Counted from the first letter of the stretch, positions 26,253-36,662 are shown. The stretch: 64,000 nucleotides of DNA from Alphaproteobacteria bacterium (GCA_017618175.1 JAFZUT010000022.1:14723-78722); one strand, 5' to 3'. The notes: generated by a model not told the origin, from the letters alone. Numbers and translations: made by a program.

Positions 26253-27902
26253 ATGCTTATAAACCTGAATGTTTCAAATATTGTTTTGATTGATAAACTG
26301 AATCTTGAATTTGGTTCGGGGTTAAATATTTTAACCGGTGAAACAGGTGCGGGAAAAAGTATATTGTTGGATGCGTTATCGCTTGCACTGGGGGCACGAT
26401 CTGATATTGGTTTGATTCGCCATGGTTCAAATACGGCAACCGTTGTTGCGGAATTTGATGCAATCAATGACGCAATAAAAGAAATATTTGATGAATTTGG
26501 AATTGAATATGATGACCATATAATTTTACGTCGCACACTTGGCACCGATGGCAAAAGTCGCGCGTGGGTAAATGACACACCTGTATCAATTAAAGTGTTG
26601 AAAAACATTGGTGACGAATTGGTCGAACTTCATGGGCAATTCGCAAATCATGCGTTATTGAATCAATCTATGCATCGAACCGCATTGGATGAATTTGCAT
26701 GTAAAAATATAAAAGATTTCAATGAATTATTAGAAAGTGTTCATAATGCGTATAATGAATACCACGATGCAAACACACGTTTATGTGCCGTCCAAGATTT
26801 ATTAGACCGTGCCGCCACCGAACAAGAATACCTTGAACACAATGTCCACGAATTACGCGCATTAAATGTTCGCCCCGGCGAAGAAGAAGAATTGGCGTCC
26901 AGACGTGCCGATATGATAAATGCCGAAAAAAATGCGGCGATTTTAACCGAGGCAACCAATGCAATCGGTGCCGGCGGAAACACATTGGATGCACAAATAT
27001 TTGCAGTTGCACACATTTTGGAACGCATCAAAACCGACCCAAATCCATACAGTGAACAAATAGATGCACTGTACAATGCGGCGGATTTGGTTGCCAATGT
27101 AGCGGGCGCAATCGCACCGGATGATATAGATACCGCAACCGTTGATTCAATAGAAGAACGTTTGTTCGCAATTCGCGCAGCGGCACGAAAACATCACGTT
27201 GCGGCGGATGATTTACCAAACAAATTGATAGAGATGGAATCCGCATTAAACGCGATAAATAATTCCGATGCAGAACTTAAAAAATTAAAAACCGTTGTTG
27301 CGGCCGCAAAGCAAAAATATGATGAATCGGCAAAAAAATTAACGGTTGCACGTCATGTGGCCGCGGATGAATTGCGTGCGCGCCTGCTTCGTGAATTGCC
27401 CGATTTGAAACTTGGTGGTGCAGATTTTATGGTTAAATTTGCAACCACCACGCTCGGCGCAAACGGTGTTGATGATATCACTTTTATGATAAAGACAAAT
27501 CCGGGTATGCCATTTGCACCACTGCATAAATCGGCATCTGGCGGTGAATTGGCGCGTTTAATGTTGGCAATGCGTGTTGTTTTGACGGGTGCGCGTGCCG
27601 CACATACATTTGTCTTTGACGAGGTTGATACGGGTATCAGTGGCGCCACCGCATCCGCCGTTGGCGACCGGTTGAACCGACTGGCACATGATTCCCAGGC
27701 ATTAGTTATAACTCATTCGGCCCAGGTTGCAGGATTTGCCGACAAACATTTCAAAATTGAAAAGATAACCGACGGTGAAACAACCACAACACGTGTTTAT
27801 GAAATAACCGGTGACAACCAATTGAATGAAATTGCGCGTATAATCAGTGGCGCCGAAATAACACCTGAATCATTGGCCACCGCAAAGACGTTGTTAAAGT
27901 AA
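26253..27902 (+). CDS. recN: DNA repair protein RecN
   Basis: LTGETGAGKSILLDAL Walker A. Long coiled coil. SGGELARLMLA signature and FVFDEVDTGISG. Confidence 0.9.
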   Translation: MLINLNVSNIVLIDKLNLEFGSGLNILTGETGAGKSILLDALSLALGARSDIGLIRHGSNTATVVAEFDAINDAIKEIFDEFGIEYDDHIILRRTLGTDGKSRAWVNDTPVSIKVLKNIGDELVELHGQFANHALLNQSMHRTALDEFACKNIKDFNELLESVHNAYNEYHDANTRLCAVQDLLDRAATEQEYLEHNVHELRALNVRPGEEEELASRRADMINAEKNAAILTEATNAIGAGGNTLDAQIFAVAHILERIKTDPNPYSEQIDALYNAADLVANVAGAIAPDDIDTATVDSIEERLFAIRAAARKHHVAADDLPNKLIEMESALNAINNSDAELKKLKTVVAAAKQKYDESAKKLTVARHVAADELRARLLRELPDLKLGGADFMVKFATTTLGANGVDDITFMIKTNPGMPFAPLHKSASGGELARLMLAMRVVLTGARAAHTFVFDEVDTGISGATASAVGDRLNRLAHDSQALVITHSAQVAGFADKHFKIEKITDGETTTTRVYEITGDNQLNEIARIISGAEITPESLATAKTLLK

Positions 27903-27904
27903 AG

Positions 27905-29143
27905 TTATTTAATTTGCGCAATACCATCTGCAAATTCAATGGACGTGATTGTTTTGGCAAAGTTTGTGCTTGAAACAATTTTGTTGTTCGCATCACGTGC
28001 AATCGCATAACCCCGTGCCAAAACGTTTTTATACCCCAATGACTTTAACATTTGTCCGCTGTGTTCCAATCCGCGGCGTATGTTCATCATTTTGTAATTC
28101 AATATATCTGGCATACGCGCCACTATATCCATTTTGCGTTTCGCATCGGTCATTTTTGCATTTATAATTATTCCAAGTGTACGTGTTATATCGTCCAATC
28201 TTTGCGCGCGTTCCATAACCATTTGTCGCGGACTTTTAATTGTTATGTTTTCAATACGATTCTTGGCACCGGTAATACGCGCGGCAAATCCAGATGATAA
28301 ACGATGCCCCATGTTTTCTAAATCTTGGAACAGTGATATTTTTGTTGGAACAACGGCTTCGGCCGCACCGGTTGGCGTGGGCGCGCGGTGGTCCGCGGCA
28401 AAATCGACCAACATCCAATCGGGTTCGTGCCCAACACCGGTTATAACCGGAATCTTGCTGTTCGCAACGGCGCGCACAACAATTTCTTCAGAAAATGGCA
28501 ACAGGTCTTCCAGCGATCCACCGCCACGTGCAACAATAATAACATCAACATTTTTTGCACGGTTAAAGTATTCAACACCGGCGGCAACTTCGGCGGCGGC
28601 GGTTTGGCCTTGGACCGTGGCGGGGTACAGAATAACATGAACCGGGAAACGTTCGCGCAGACGGTTTTGAATATCTTGAAATGCGGCACCGGTGGGACTT
28701 GTCACCACACCAATTGTAGTGGGCAGTTTTGGCAATGGTTTTTTACGCGCCGCATCAAATAATCCCTCGGCCGCCAGTTTTTGCTTGCGTTCTTCCAACA
28801 TTTTAAGAATCGCCCCAACGCCGGCCATTTCAATACTGGACGCCACAATTTGATAATTACTGCGTGCCGGATATGTGGTAAGTTTGCCGGTAATAATAAC
28901 CTCTAACCCGTCGCTTAGTGCAAAATTTATTGGTGTTCCGCGCCATATAATCACAGACATTGCAGCATTTGAATCTTTGATGGTCATATAAATATGCCCC
29001 GATGTTGCGCGCGTAATTTGGGACAATTCACCACGAATTTTAATCACCGGAAACGCCGTTTCGACCACGTTCTTTAACAATGCCGATGCATCGGTCACAG
29101 AAAAAATCATATCGGGTTTAACAAACGGTTCCGGTTTTTGCAT
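27905..29143 (-). CDS. xseA: Exodeoxyribonuclease VII large subunit
   Basis: OB-fold N-terminus (IRGELSQI...GHIYMTIKD). Catalytic region VIIVARGGGSLEDL. Confidence 0.9.
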   Translation of the reverse strand: MQKPEPFVKPDMIFSVTDASALLKNVVETAFPVIKIRGELSQITRATSGHIYMTIKDSNAAMSVIIWRGTPINFALSDGLEVIITGKLTTYPARSNYQIVASSIEMAGVGAILKMLEERKQKLAAEGLFDAARKKPLPKLPTTIGVVTSPTGAAFQDIQNRLRERFPVHVILYPATVQGQTAAAEVAAGVEYFNRAKNVDVIIVARGGGSLEDLLPFSEEIVVRAVANSKIPVITGVGHEPDWMLVDFAADHRAPTPTGAAEAVVPTKISLFQDLENMGHRLSSGFAARITGAKNRIENITIKSPRQMVMERAQRLDDITRTLGIIINAKMTDAKRKMDIVARMPDILNYKMMNIRRGLEHSGQMLKSLGYKNVLARGYAIARDANNKIVSSTNFAKTITSIEFADGIAQIK

Positions 29144-29153
29144 ATTTTTATTC

Positions 29154-30266
29154 CTATAACTCGGTCAATGGCCAACGTGGACGCGGCGCAATCGGTTCGC
29201 GCACAATATTTCCAATTTTATAATTTTCCAATCCCGCCCATGCAATCATCGCGCCGTTGTCGGTGCATAATTTCATTGGTGGTGCGGCAAAGATCATATT
29301 ATTATCGCGTGCCAATTTTTCCATCGCTGTGCGTATCGCGCTGTTTTTCGCAACACCGCCCGCCACAACCAATGTTTTAGGTTGTGCGGCTTTGACCGCA
29401 TCCGTTTTCATCGCGTGTTCCAAACGATTAATTATGCAATCAACGACGGCCGCCTGAAACGAAGCACAGAAATCATTGATAAATTCATTAGAATAGGGCG
29501 CATCATACTTTGATAAAAACGTGCGCGCCGCGGTTTTGATGCCACTGAACGAAAAATCACAACCGGGTTTATCGGTCAAAGGTCGTGGAAAATCGAATGC
29601 ACGCGGGATTCCCATTGACGCGTGTTTATCAACAATCGGTCCGCCGGGATACCCAAGTCCCAACATCTTTGAAACTTTATCAAACGCTTCGCCGGCACTG
29701 TCGTCCAATGTTTGTCCAATCAATTCGTATTTGCCTACGCCACGAACCAATAAAATCTGGCAATGGCCACCGGATGCCAGCATAAGCAAATATGGAAATT
29801 CTACCGCCACCGGTGCTGCTGAATCATCCGCCGTTGCCGCGGCCAGGCGCGGAACCAACGCGTGACCTTCCAAATGATTCACCGCAACCAACGGTTTTCC
29901 GGTTGATTGCGCAATACCGGTTGCCGCCATCCAACCAATCAATACACCACCAATCAATCCCGGACCGGCGGTTGCCGCGATAACATCTATATCATCAATT
30001 GTCATATTTGCCCGCGCAAGTGTTTCACGAATAACCGTATCAATTGCTAAAATATGTGCGCGCGCCGCCAATTCGGGCACAACGCCACCATACCGTTGAT
30101 GTTCGGGAATTTGAGAATAAATTATATGTGCCAAAATGTTTTTATTAGAATCCACAATCGCCGCAGATGTTTCATCGCACGAAGATTCAATGCCCAAACA
30201 CACCGTGCCGCGCGCGCCCGACACAGATGTCCCCATATCCATTTGAATAATTTTATCGTTCGTCAT
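29154..30266 (-). CDS. tsaD: tRNA N6-adenosine threonylcarbamoyltransferase TsaD
   Basis: LGIESSCDETSAAI, VNHLEGH, ASGGHC and GVAKNSAIR motifs. Confidence 0.95.
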   Translation of the reverse strand: MTNDKIIQMDMGTSVSGARGTVCLGIESSCDETSAAIVDSNKNILAHIIYSQIPEHQRYGGVVPELAARAHILAIDTVIRETLARANMTIDDIDVIAATAGPGLIGGVLIGWMAATGIAQSTGKPLVAVNHLEGHALVPRLAAATADDSAAPVAVEFPYLLMLASGGHCQILLVRGVGKYELIGQTLDDSAGEAFDKVSKMLGLGYPGGPIVDKHASMGIPRAFDFPRPLTDKPGCDFSFSGIKTAARTFLSKYDAPYSNEFINDFCASFQAAVVDCIINRLEHAMKTDAVKAAQPKTLVVAGGVAKNSAIRTAMEKLARDNNMIFAAPPMKLCTDNGAMIAWAGLENYKIGNIVREPIAPRPRWPLTEL

Positions 30267-30955
30267 TTTTGTATTTCCATCAGCATTATACCCAATTTAT
30301 TTTGGTTTTCCATCATTTGATTCACATATTTATGAAAGTCCACATCGACAACACTCTTTTTATGCCACGAAGCGTGCCGCAACCGCCCATCCGGCAACAG
30401 AAAGCCCATATGTCGTACCGCTAAATCGGTGCCAATTCTTTCGGGCGCACGCCCTGGCGCATTTACGAACAAAACTATTTTGGGTTCGGTCACAGTAATA
30501 TTCCGGGCATATTTATACGGAATATATTCCAAATTCACGGTTTGTTTTTCAAATTTCGTATCAATATTATGATTTATCTTGAACCAATTTTTCTTATCTA
30601 TGGTAACGGTGCGAACGGCGGTCGGCGCATATTGCGCCGAAACATTTTTTACCAGTTTCGAATTATTTTTTATCCAGTCTGTTTCAATAAAATGATTTCG
30701 GTTTGTAAATTCGATTTGGCCGTTTTTATATCGTATTTGATTCAGTTTTTGTTCGTCACCGCCTGCCAAAACCGTTTCCACAAACGTAGTGCAATCAAAC
30801 GCATCAAAACCTATCAATGGGTCGGCGTCTGGTGCCACGCCTTCGCCCAATGGGTCACGAACATATTTCACGCCCAAATATTCTGCACCAATAAAATCGT
30901 GATAGTTTTGACAAGAACACCCAAAAATCAAAATGGTCAGCAGTACACGCCACAT
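30263..30955 (-). CDS. DUF1460-like (amidase-like) lipoprotein
   Basis: MWRVLLTILIFGCSC lipobox. FDCTTFVETVLA motif typical of the family, assigned from memory only. Confidence 0.6.
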   Translation of the reverse strand: MWRVLLTILIFGCSCQNYHDFIGAEYLGVKYVRDPLGEGVAPDADPLIGFDAFDCTTFVETVLAGGDEQKLNQIRYKNGQIEFTNRNHFIETDWIKNNSKLVKNVSAQYAPTAVRTVTIDKKNWFKINHNIDTKFEKQTVNLEYIPYKYARNITVTEPKIVLFVNAPGRAPERIGTDLAVRHMGFLLPDGRLRHASWHKKSVVDVDFHKYVNQMMENQNKLGIMLMEIQK

Positions 30956-31278
30956 TAGATATTTTCTTTCAGTTGCATACCCATAAAACAAAGTTCCGTT
31001 GCATCCCGCACGGCCATATCATTTGAATCCGGCAATGTTGCCATTTTATCGACACACTTTACCAATATATCTACCTTATCATCGGATGCGCGCAGTATTT
31101 TGACCGCGGCCACACGGCGTTCAATTGATGCCGCCCGCCAATCTTTAAGGGTCCCCGATTCCAAAGAGGTTGTTTTTTGAATACGAACAAAAACCGAAAC
31201 CACAAACAACAAGGCAAAAATACCCACAACAAAAATTAAACTTTTCTTCAAAAATTTCATAAGTTGTCTCCTTTCCAA
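30955..31278 (-). CDS. Small membrane-anchored hypothetical protein (107 aa)
   Basis: N-terminal TM helix. TAATG overlap with the downstream gene. Confidence 0.5.
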   Translation of the reverse strand: MERRQLMKFLKKSLIFVVGIFALLFVVSVFVRIQKTTSLESGTLKDWRAASIERRVAAVKILRASDDKVDILVKCVDKMATLPDSNDMAVRDATELCFMGMQLKENI

Positions 31279-31287
31279 ATGTTTTTT

Positions 31288-31650
31288 TTATTCACATTTT
31301 ACCAGCCACGCATCATAGTCCGGATTTTGTACCGGATTTTTGCCCGGATTATTGCGGTCCATCCAGTTCCCATAAATCTTGGTGCCTTCACCAGATTTAG
31401 AAATTTCAACAAAGGCATAAAAATTTTCGGCCTTGAACGGGTCGGATTGTTTGCACGCCCGCACAACAATTGCCAATTTTTCGAAAACAACCTCTTGCCC
31501 AACCGGAATATTCAATGTTTGCGTTTTACCCGCGGCCTTGTTCATAACCTGAATAACGGCGGTGTTGCGGTTGGTGTACGCGTTCGCCACAATCGGTAAA
31601 AAACACGCAAGACACGCAACAAAAAAACAATTATTTTTTAACATGCCCAA
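31288..31650 (-). CDS. DUF2155-like periplasmic protein (alphaproteobacterial family)
   Basis: Signal peptide. Contains VMNKAAGKTQTLNIPVG...LAIVVRAC...YDAWLVKC, which matches the family pattern from memory. Confidence 0.6.
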   Translation of the reverse strand: MGMLKNNCFFVACLACFLPIVANAYTNRNTAVIQVMNKAAGKTQTLNIPVGQEVVFEKLAIVVRACKQSDPFKAENFYAFVEISKSGEGTKIYGNWMDRNNPGKNPVQNPDYDAWLVKCE

Positions 31651-31699
31651 ATACTATCGCGATATCGTGCCTAAGTCAAACCGAAAATTATACGCAATA

Positions 31700-31731
31700 A
31701 AAATCCCCACGTTTGCGGGGATTTTTTTTTT
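31700..31731. terminator. Bidirectional terminator downstream of rplS
   Basis: CCCC...GGGG hairpin followed by a 10-T run on the plus strand and an A-run/T-run on the minus strand. Confidence 0.6.
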
Positions 31732-31746
31732 CGAAACACGTAAAAA

Positions 31747-32136
31747 TTACTTCGCGGTCTTTTCGTTTGCCGTTGCGTTCAAATCTTCCACAATACGCGC
31801 CTTTTTACCGGACAATTTGCGCAAAAAGAACAATTTTGCGCGGCGTACGCGACCGATACGAACCTTTTCAATCTTTTCGATTGCCGGGCTGTACAACGGG
31901 AATTTGCGTTCCACGCCCACACCATAAGATTCGCGGCGAACCGTGAACGAAGCGGTGTTACCCATGCCCCCATCGCGTGCGATAACAACGCCTTCGAACA
32001 ATTGAATACGGAATTTGTCGCCATCTTTGATTTTCACATGCACGCGCAGTGTATCACCCGCCTTGAAATTTGGGATGTTTTTTCCGGCCTTTAATTTTTC
32101 AACATTTTGTTGTTCTATTTTTTTAACAATGTTCAT
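31747..32136 (-). CDS. rplS: 50S ribosomal protein L19
   Basis: [30 protein letters not shown]. Confidence 0.95.
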   Translation of the reverse strand: MNIVKKIEQQNVEKLKAGKNIPNFKAGDTLRVHVKIKDGDKFRIQLFEGVVIARDGGMGNTASFTVRRESYGVGVERKFPLYSPAIEKIEKVRIGRVRRAKLFFLRKLSGKKARIVEDLNATANEKTAK

Positions 32137-32822
32137 TTTTTGTTTTCCTTTATTAAGTCCGGACGTCTTTGTTTAGTTAAATCGTCCGATTGTTGTTTCC
32201 GCCACCGTTCTATATTGCCGTGGTGACCGGACAGCAGGACTTCTGGGACACTTTGTCCACGCCATACCGACGGGCGGGTGTATAACGGCCATTCCAGCCC
32301 CCCGATTTCGAAACTTTCATTTGCGGTCGCGTCCGCGCCACCGCCGACGACATTATCAACCAAGCGAACGCAACTGTCAATAAAAACTTGCGCAGCAATT
32401 TCGCCCCCCGAAAGGATGTAATCGCCAATTGATAATTCCATAATATTGTACGCATCGATGACCCGTTGATCGATTCCTTCGTACCGACCACAGAGCAGGG
32501 TATAGGTCGCATCCTTTGGGTTTTCTGCAAACCCGCGCACCATTTTTTGATCTAAACGTGGCCCGCGCGGTGAAAAGTATATAATTTTCCCCGGATTTTT
32601 TACTGAATCCAATGCATCACCCAACACATCGGGACGCATAACCATACCGGCCCCGCCACCGAATTGCGCGTCATCGACACTGCCATACTCATTTATGGCA
32701 AAGTCACGAATATTTATCACTTTATACGACCAAATGCCATCCGCCAATGCACGACCGACCACCCCGGCGCCAAGCGTTCCGGGGAACATTTCTGGAAAAA
32801 CGGTCAGTATATTAAAGTGCAT
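32133..32822 (-). CDS. trmD: tRNA (guanine37-N1)-methyltransferase
   Basis: [14 protein letters not shown] and [11 protein letters not shown] motifs. Confidence 0.95.
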   Translation of the reverse strand: MHFNILTVFPEMFPGTLGAGVVGRALADGIWSYKVINIRDFAINEYGSVDDAQFGGGAGMVMRPDVLGDALDSVKNPGKIIYFSPRGPRLDQKMVRGFAENPKDATYTLLCGRYEGIDQRVIDAYNIMELSIGDYILSGGEIAAQVFIDSCVRLVDNVVGGGADATANESFEIGGLEWPLYTRPSVWRGQSVPEVLLSGHHGNIERWRKQQSDDLTKQRRPDLIKENKK

Positions 32823-32825
32823 TTA

Positions 32826-33098
32826 TTACCTTGATTTTTGATTTGTTTTTTCCGCCATATTTTGTTTTTGCGATTGGCATTCGGCGCATACACTGGCCAT
32901 AGAAACAAGATACGTGCCACGTTCCCAATCGGGAACATGAAAAGATGATTCGAACAAGACACTTCGACTTTTATTGTTGCTGCTGGTTTTTATATCAAAT
33001 GCCTGGCTGCGCATATAATCCACAACGGGGCATTTTTTTACCCTTTCATCGCAATCACGATTCATAACATTTTTGCCATTGATATAAAACTGTTTCAT
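32826..33098 (-). CDS. Small Cys-containing protein (90 aa) inserted between rimM and trmD
   Basis: Tightly packed in the operon. CDERVKKC ... CAEC could form a zinc site. Confidence 0.5.
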   Translation of the reverse strand: MKQFYINGKNVMNRDCDERVKKCPVVDYMRSQAFDIKTSSNNKSRSVLFESSFHVPDWERGTYLVSMASVCAECQSQKQNMAEKTNQKSR

Positions 33099-33111
33099 AT
33101 GTTTTGTTCCC

Positions 33112-33573
33112 CTATACAAAAATCTTGCCTTGATTGAAATCCACAGACGCACCACGAAACGCAACCATATCTCCGTTGTCCAATTCCATAATATCGCCGG
33201 CACCAAAGTTTTGAAAGCATGCCACGCGCCCAATTTCCGCGCCATCACGCACGACCGTCATACCGATTAAATCGGCCTGGTAATATTCGCCATCATGGGC
33301 GGCCGGCAAATCTTCGCGATTTATAAAGATTTCTGTTCCGCGCAGTGTTTCCGCCATATTTCTTGTGGTAACGCCATCAATCCGCGCAATAACAACATTG
33401 GTGTTTGGTAATGCGCGCACAAAGTGAAACGCGTCCGTTGCAACATTATCACCAAATACGGGCAAATTTTTCAAATCACCCGGTGTGGCGGTAAAGGTTT
33501 GCACGCGCACTTCGCCCCGAATTCCCTGGGGTGCGACTATTTTTCCAACCAAGATGCGTTTATTATTTTCCAT
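33112..33573 (-). CDS. rimM: Ribosome maturation factor RimM
   Basis: LVGKIVAPQGIRGEVRV followed by a PRC-barrel C-terminus. Confidence 0.85.
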   Translation of the reverse strand: MENNKRILVGKIVAPQGIRGEVRVQTFTATPGDLKNLPVFGDNVATDAFHFVRALPNTNVVIARIDGVTTRNMAETLRGTEIFINREDLPAAHDGEYYQADLIGMTVVRDGAEIGRVACFQNFGAGDIMELDNGDMVAFRGASVDFNQGKIFV

Positions 33574-33811
33574 GATTTTGTTTCTTTAACCACATATTAT
33601 ACCGTGCGCAATTAAATCCGTCTTTGTTGATATTTGGACATTCGGCAAAGAAATCTTCGCCGGGATACACGAACATATTTTCGCGAAACCGGATGCCCAG
33701 ACTCTCGGCCTGTTTTCTGCGCGCGTCCAATTCGTTTTGAAATTCAGGGCAATGCGCCCCATCATATGGGCAAACATGGTCGCGAATCTGTTCTGGTGTG
33801 GGATCTGGCAT
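33563..33811 (-). CDS. Small Cys-rich protein (82 aa) upstream of rimM
   Basis: Overlaps the rimM start by 11 nt. Contains CPYDGAHCPEF...ECPNINKDGFNC. Confidence 0.5.
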   Translation of the reverse strand: MPDPTPEQIRDHVCPYDGAHCPEFQNELDARRKQAESLGIRFRENMFVYPGEDFFAECPNINKDGFNCARYNMWLKKQNHGK

Positions 33812-33823
33812 GATATTTAGTCC

Positions 33824-34072
33824 TTATCTTTCATGCACGCCGGGCATTTGCAATAATTTGTCCCGTATATCCAAAAGGTATTCCAATTCATCTATACGGT
33901 TTTTGTGTGCGTATTGCAACATTGGCCAAAGGTTCATGAAATAACTGTCGCGCATAATTTGGCCGAAATCCGGGTCATCAAATTTGACCGAATTGAACAC
34001 GAACGCCAACGCCTTTTGACGCAGGCGCGGTGGATATTCGTGATATGGTTGCTTATACACGACAGTCGGCAT
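33824..34072 (-). CDS. Small hypothetical protein (82 aa) downstream of rpsP
   Basis: 18-nt gap after rpsP and 12-nt gap to the next ORF. Coding-like composition. Confidence 0.5.
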   Translation of the reverse strand: MPTVVYKQPYHEYPPRLRQKALAFVFNSVKFDDPDFGQIMRDSYFMNLWPMLQYAHKNRIDELEYLLDIRDKLLQMPGVHER

Positions 34073-34090
34073 CTGTTAAACCTTTTATTA

Positions 34091-34546
34091 TTATTCGGCG
34101 GCCGCCTCGGTTGCCGGTGCTTCTTCTGTGGCCGGTGCCTCGGCCGGTGCTTCGGTTGCGGCCTTGGCGGCGGCTTCTGCGGCGGCTTTTTCTTCGGCAA
34201 TCTTGGCTAACTTGGCTTCTTTATCTTTGATTTTCTGCAAAGTTTTTTCAGATTTTTGATTTTTCTTGGTTTGGTTTGGAATTTCACGTTTTGCGACCAA
34301 CCCGGCGTTTGCCAAGAAACGATACACGCGGTCGGACGGCTTTGCGCCCTTGGCCATCCAAGCCTTGATTTCATCAATTTTCAAAACGACGCGTTTATCA
34401 TTATCGCGTGCCAACATCGGGTCGTATTTACCAACGACCTCTAACACATTGCCCGAATTACGCGCCACGCGGGAATCCACAACAACAATGTGGTAATAAG
34501 GGCGTTTTTTTGCGCCATGACGCGCCAAACGAATAACAGTTGCCAT
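34091..34546 (-). CDS. rpsP: 30S ribosomal protein S16 with an Ala/Glu/Lys-rich C-terminal extension
   Basis: MATVIRLARHGAKKRPYYHIVVVDSR. Confidence 0.9.
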   Translation of the reverse strand: MATVIRLARHGAKKRPYYHIVVVDSRVARNSGNVLEVVGKYDPMLARDNDKRVVLKIDEIKAWMAKGAKPSDRVYRFLANAGLVAKREIPNQTKKNQKSEKTLQKIKDKEAKLAKIAEEKAAAEAAAKAATEAPAEAPATEEAPATEAAAE

Positions 34547-34730
34547 ATTTATACTCCTTTTTGGGTTTGTTAAAAACTGTTTTATCCACAAAGAAAACCG
34601 CCATCAAGGATGAAAACTCATCGGATGATGCACCTTATGCATGCCGCATACAGGAATGATTCAAATGGCAATCTTTGGGATTTGCGTTCGTGATTATGTA
34701 CCGAAAATCCACAAAAGTCAAGTCTTATAA

Positions 34731-34757
34731 TAAAAAACGGGCGCGATTTGCGCCCGT
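34731..34757 (-). terminator. gdh terminator
   Basis: CGGGCGC/GCGCCCG hairpin followed by a T-run on the minus strand. Confidence 0.75.
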
Positions 34758-34776
34758 ACCAACCACTAACCATTAA

Positions 34777-36030
34777 TTAGCACCAACCGCGAAGTTTCAT
34801 CGCCGCCGCAACGCGTTTAATGGAATACATATATGCGGCTTCACGCATGCTGACCCTGTATTCACATTTGATTTTATAAATCGCGTCAAATGCCGTAATC
34901 ATCGCATTGCGTTCTTTGTCTTCGACTTCACTTTCCGGCCAATAATAACCATATCGATTTTGCACCCATTCAAAATAAGACACCGTCACGCCACCGGCGT
35001 TCGCCAAAATATCCGGCACAATCATCGCACCACGTGCCGCCAAAATCTGTTCGCCTTCTAATGTGGTTGGGCCATTTGCGCCTTCGACAATCAAATTTGT
35101 TTTAATCAACGGTGCGGTGTCTTTGTTGATTGTGTTTTCCATCGCGCACGGCGACAACACGTCAACATTCAACCCCCAGAATTTATCGGCATCTATGACG
35201 GATGCGCCCGGGAAATCTTTGATAGAACCTGCGTTTTTATCTTTATATGCCATCAATGCGTCAATATCGATTCCGTTTTCGTTGAACAAAATGGTGTTCC
35301 ATTCGGCAATCGCAACAATTTTCGCACCCATATCTGCCGCGCATTTGGCGGTAAAACTGCCCACGTTGCCGAAACCTTGGATTGCGATTTTTGCACCACG
35401 AATATCTTTATTTTGGGTCTTTAACGCAGATGCGATTGTAATCGCAATACCCAAACCCGTCGCGCGTGTACGCCCCAGTGACCCATTAAGTTCAACTGGT
35501 TTGCCGGTAAATGTGCCGAATGAATTATTGCCCGACAATTTAATATACTCGTCAATCATCCAAGACATAATTTGGCCATTGGTATTAACATCTGGTGCCG
35601 GAACATCGCACTTTTCACCCAAAATAGGATAAATCGCATCGATATATCCGCGGCACAGCCGTTCCAATTCACCCGCCGATAATGTTTTTGGGTCAACGAT
35701 AATACCACCTTTGCCGCCACCATATGGCAGGCCAGTCACGGCGCATTTGAACGTCATCCAAATAGACAACGCGCATACTTCATCGCGTGACACCATTGGG
35801 TGGAAACGGATGCCACCTTTGCTTGGGCCCAACGCAGTATTATGTTGTGCGCGGAACCCGGTAAATGTTTTAATTGAACCATCATCCATTTTGACCGGAA
35901 TTTGAACTTCGACAATGCGCGCCGGATTTTTTAAAATTTCATAAACATTTGGTTCCAACCCCAATTTATCACACGCAGATTTTACACGTGCCTGGGCGGC
36001 AACCAACGGATTCAAATTTTCAACTGACAT
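34777..36030 (-). CDS. gdh: Glutamate dehydrogenase (Glu/Leu/Phe/Val dehydrogenase family)
   Basis: GPSKGGIRFHP and LPYGGGKGG motifs. GFGNVG Rossmann motif. Confidence 0.9.
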   Translation of the reverse strand: MSVENLNPLVAAQARVKSACDKLGLEPNVYEILKNPARIVEVQIPVKMDDGSIKTFTGFRAQHNTALGPSKGGIRFHPMVSRDEVCALSIWMTFKCAVTGLPYGGGKGGIIVDPKTLSAGELERLCRGYIDAIYPILGEKCDVPAPDVNTNGQIMSWMIDEYIKLSGNNSFGTFTGKPVELNGSLGRTRATGLGIAITIASALKTQNKDIRGAKIAIQGFGNVGSFTAKCAADMGAKIVAIAEWNTILFNENGIDIDALMAYKDKNAGSIKDFPGASVIDADKFWGLNVDVLSPCAMENTINKDTAPLIKTNLIVEGANGPTTLEGEQILAARGAMIVPDILANAGGVTVSYFEWVQNRYGYYWPESEVEDKERNAMITAFDAIYKIKCEYRVSMREAAYMYSIKRVAAAMKLRGWC

Positions 36031-36051
36031 TTGATTTCTCCTTGCAAAAAA

Positions 36052-36125
36052 TGGTGCGGGCGAAGGGAATCGAACCCTCGTCTAAAGCTTGGGAAGCTTT
36101 CGTGCTGCCATTATACCACGCCCGC
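36052..36125 (-). tRNA. tRNA-Gly (anticodon CCC)
   Basis: Minus strand reads GCGGGCG...AAAGC TTCCCAA GCTTT...GAGGG TTCGATT CCCTT CGCCCGC ACCA. Confidence 0.9.
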
Positions 36126-36185
36126 GCACTGTTGGACATTTTATACCCCATATCAATGATTGTCCAGAATAAAAAATTCGGTGGG

Positions 36186-36662
36186 CTATCTGTTACGGCC
36201 TTTATTATAAGATGTCATATCCGTCCAACCGTTCACACGAACATGTTTGCGGCGTTTGTCGCCCAAATTATCATATTTCTTTTTTGATTTACCGCTGGAA
36301 CGACTGCCTCTCTTCTTGTGATTTTTCATCATTTGTTCCAACAGTTCTGGGTCCACATGGCAGAAATATTGTTCGTCCGTGTCATCACCCTTGGCGACAT
36401 TGCACCAACTATGCATTGGTGCCAAATTTCCAATCTGGGTCGGGCCGCCTTTGGATTCCGGCATAACGTGGTCCCATGAAAAATCATCCATATTGAATAT
36501 GGGTTTGCCGCACGCCGCGCATTTCGGTAAATCGCCACGGACAATTAATATTTTTAACAAACTTTTAACCTCGGCCGGGGTTAATGATTTCCAGTATTTT
36601 AATATGCCGCCCAATATGGCCTGAACTTCATTTTCTGTCATATCTTTATACCATTTTGTCAT
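36186..36662 (-). CDS. Stand-alone HNH endonuclease with a basic C-terminal tail
   Basis: CAACGKPI...FSWDHVMPESKGG...NLAPMHSWCNVAKG. TAATG coupling to the LysM gene. Confidence 0.7.
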   Translation of the reverse strand: MTKWYKDMTENEVQAILGGILKYWKSLTPAEVKSLLKILIVRGDLPKCAACGKPIFNMDDFSWDHVMPESKGGPTQIGNLAPMHSWCNVAKGDDTDEQYFCHVDPELLEQMMKNHKKRGSRSSGKSKKKYDNLGDKRRKHVRVNGWTDMTSYNKGRNR

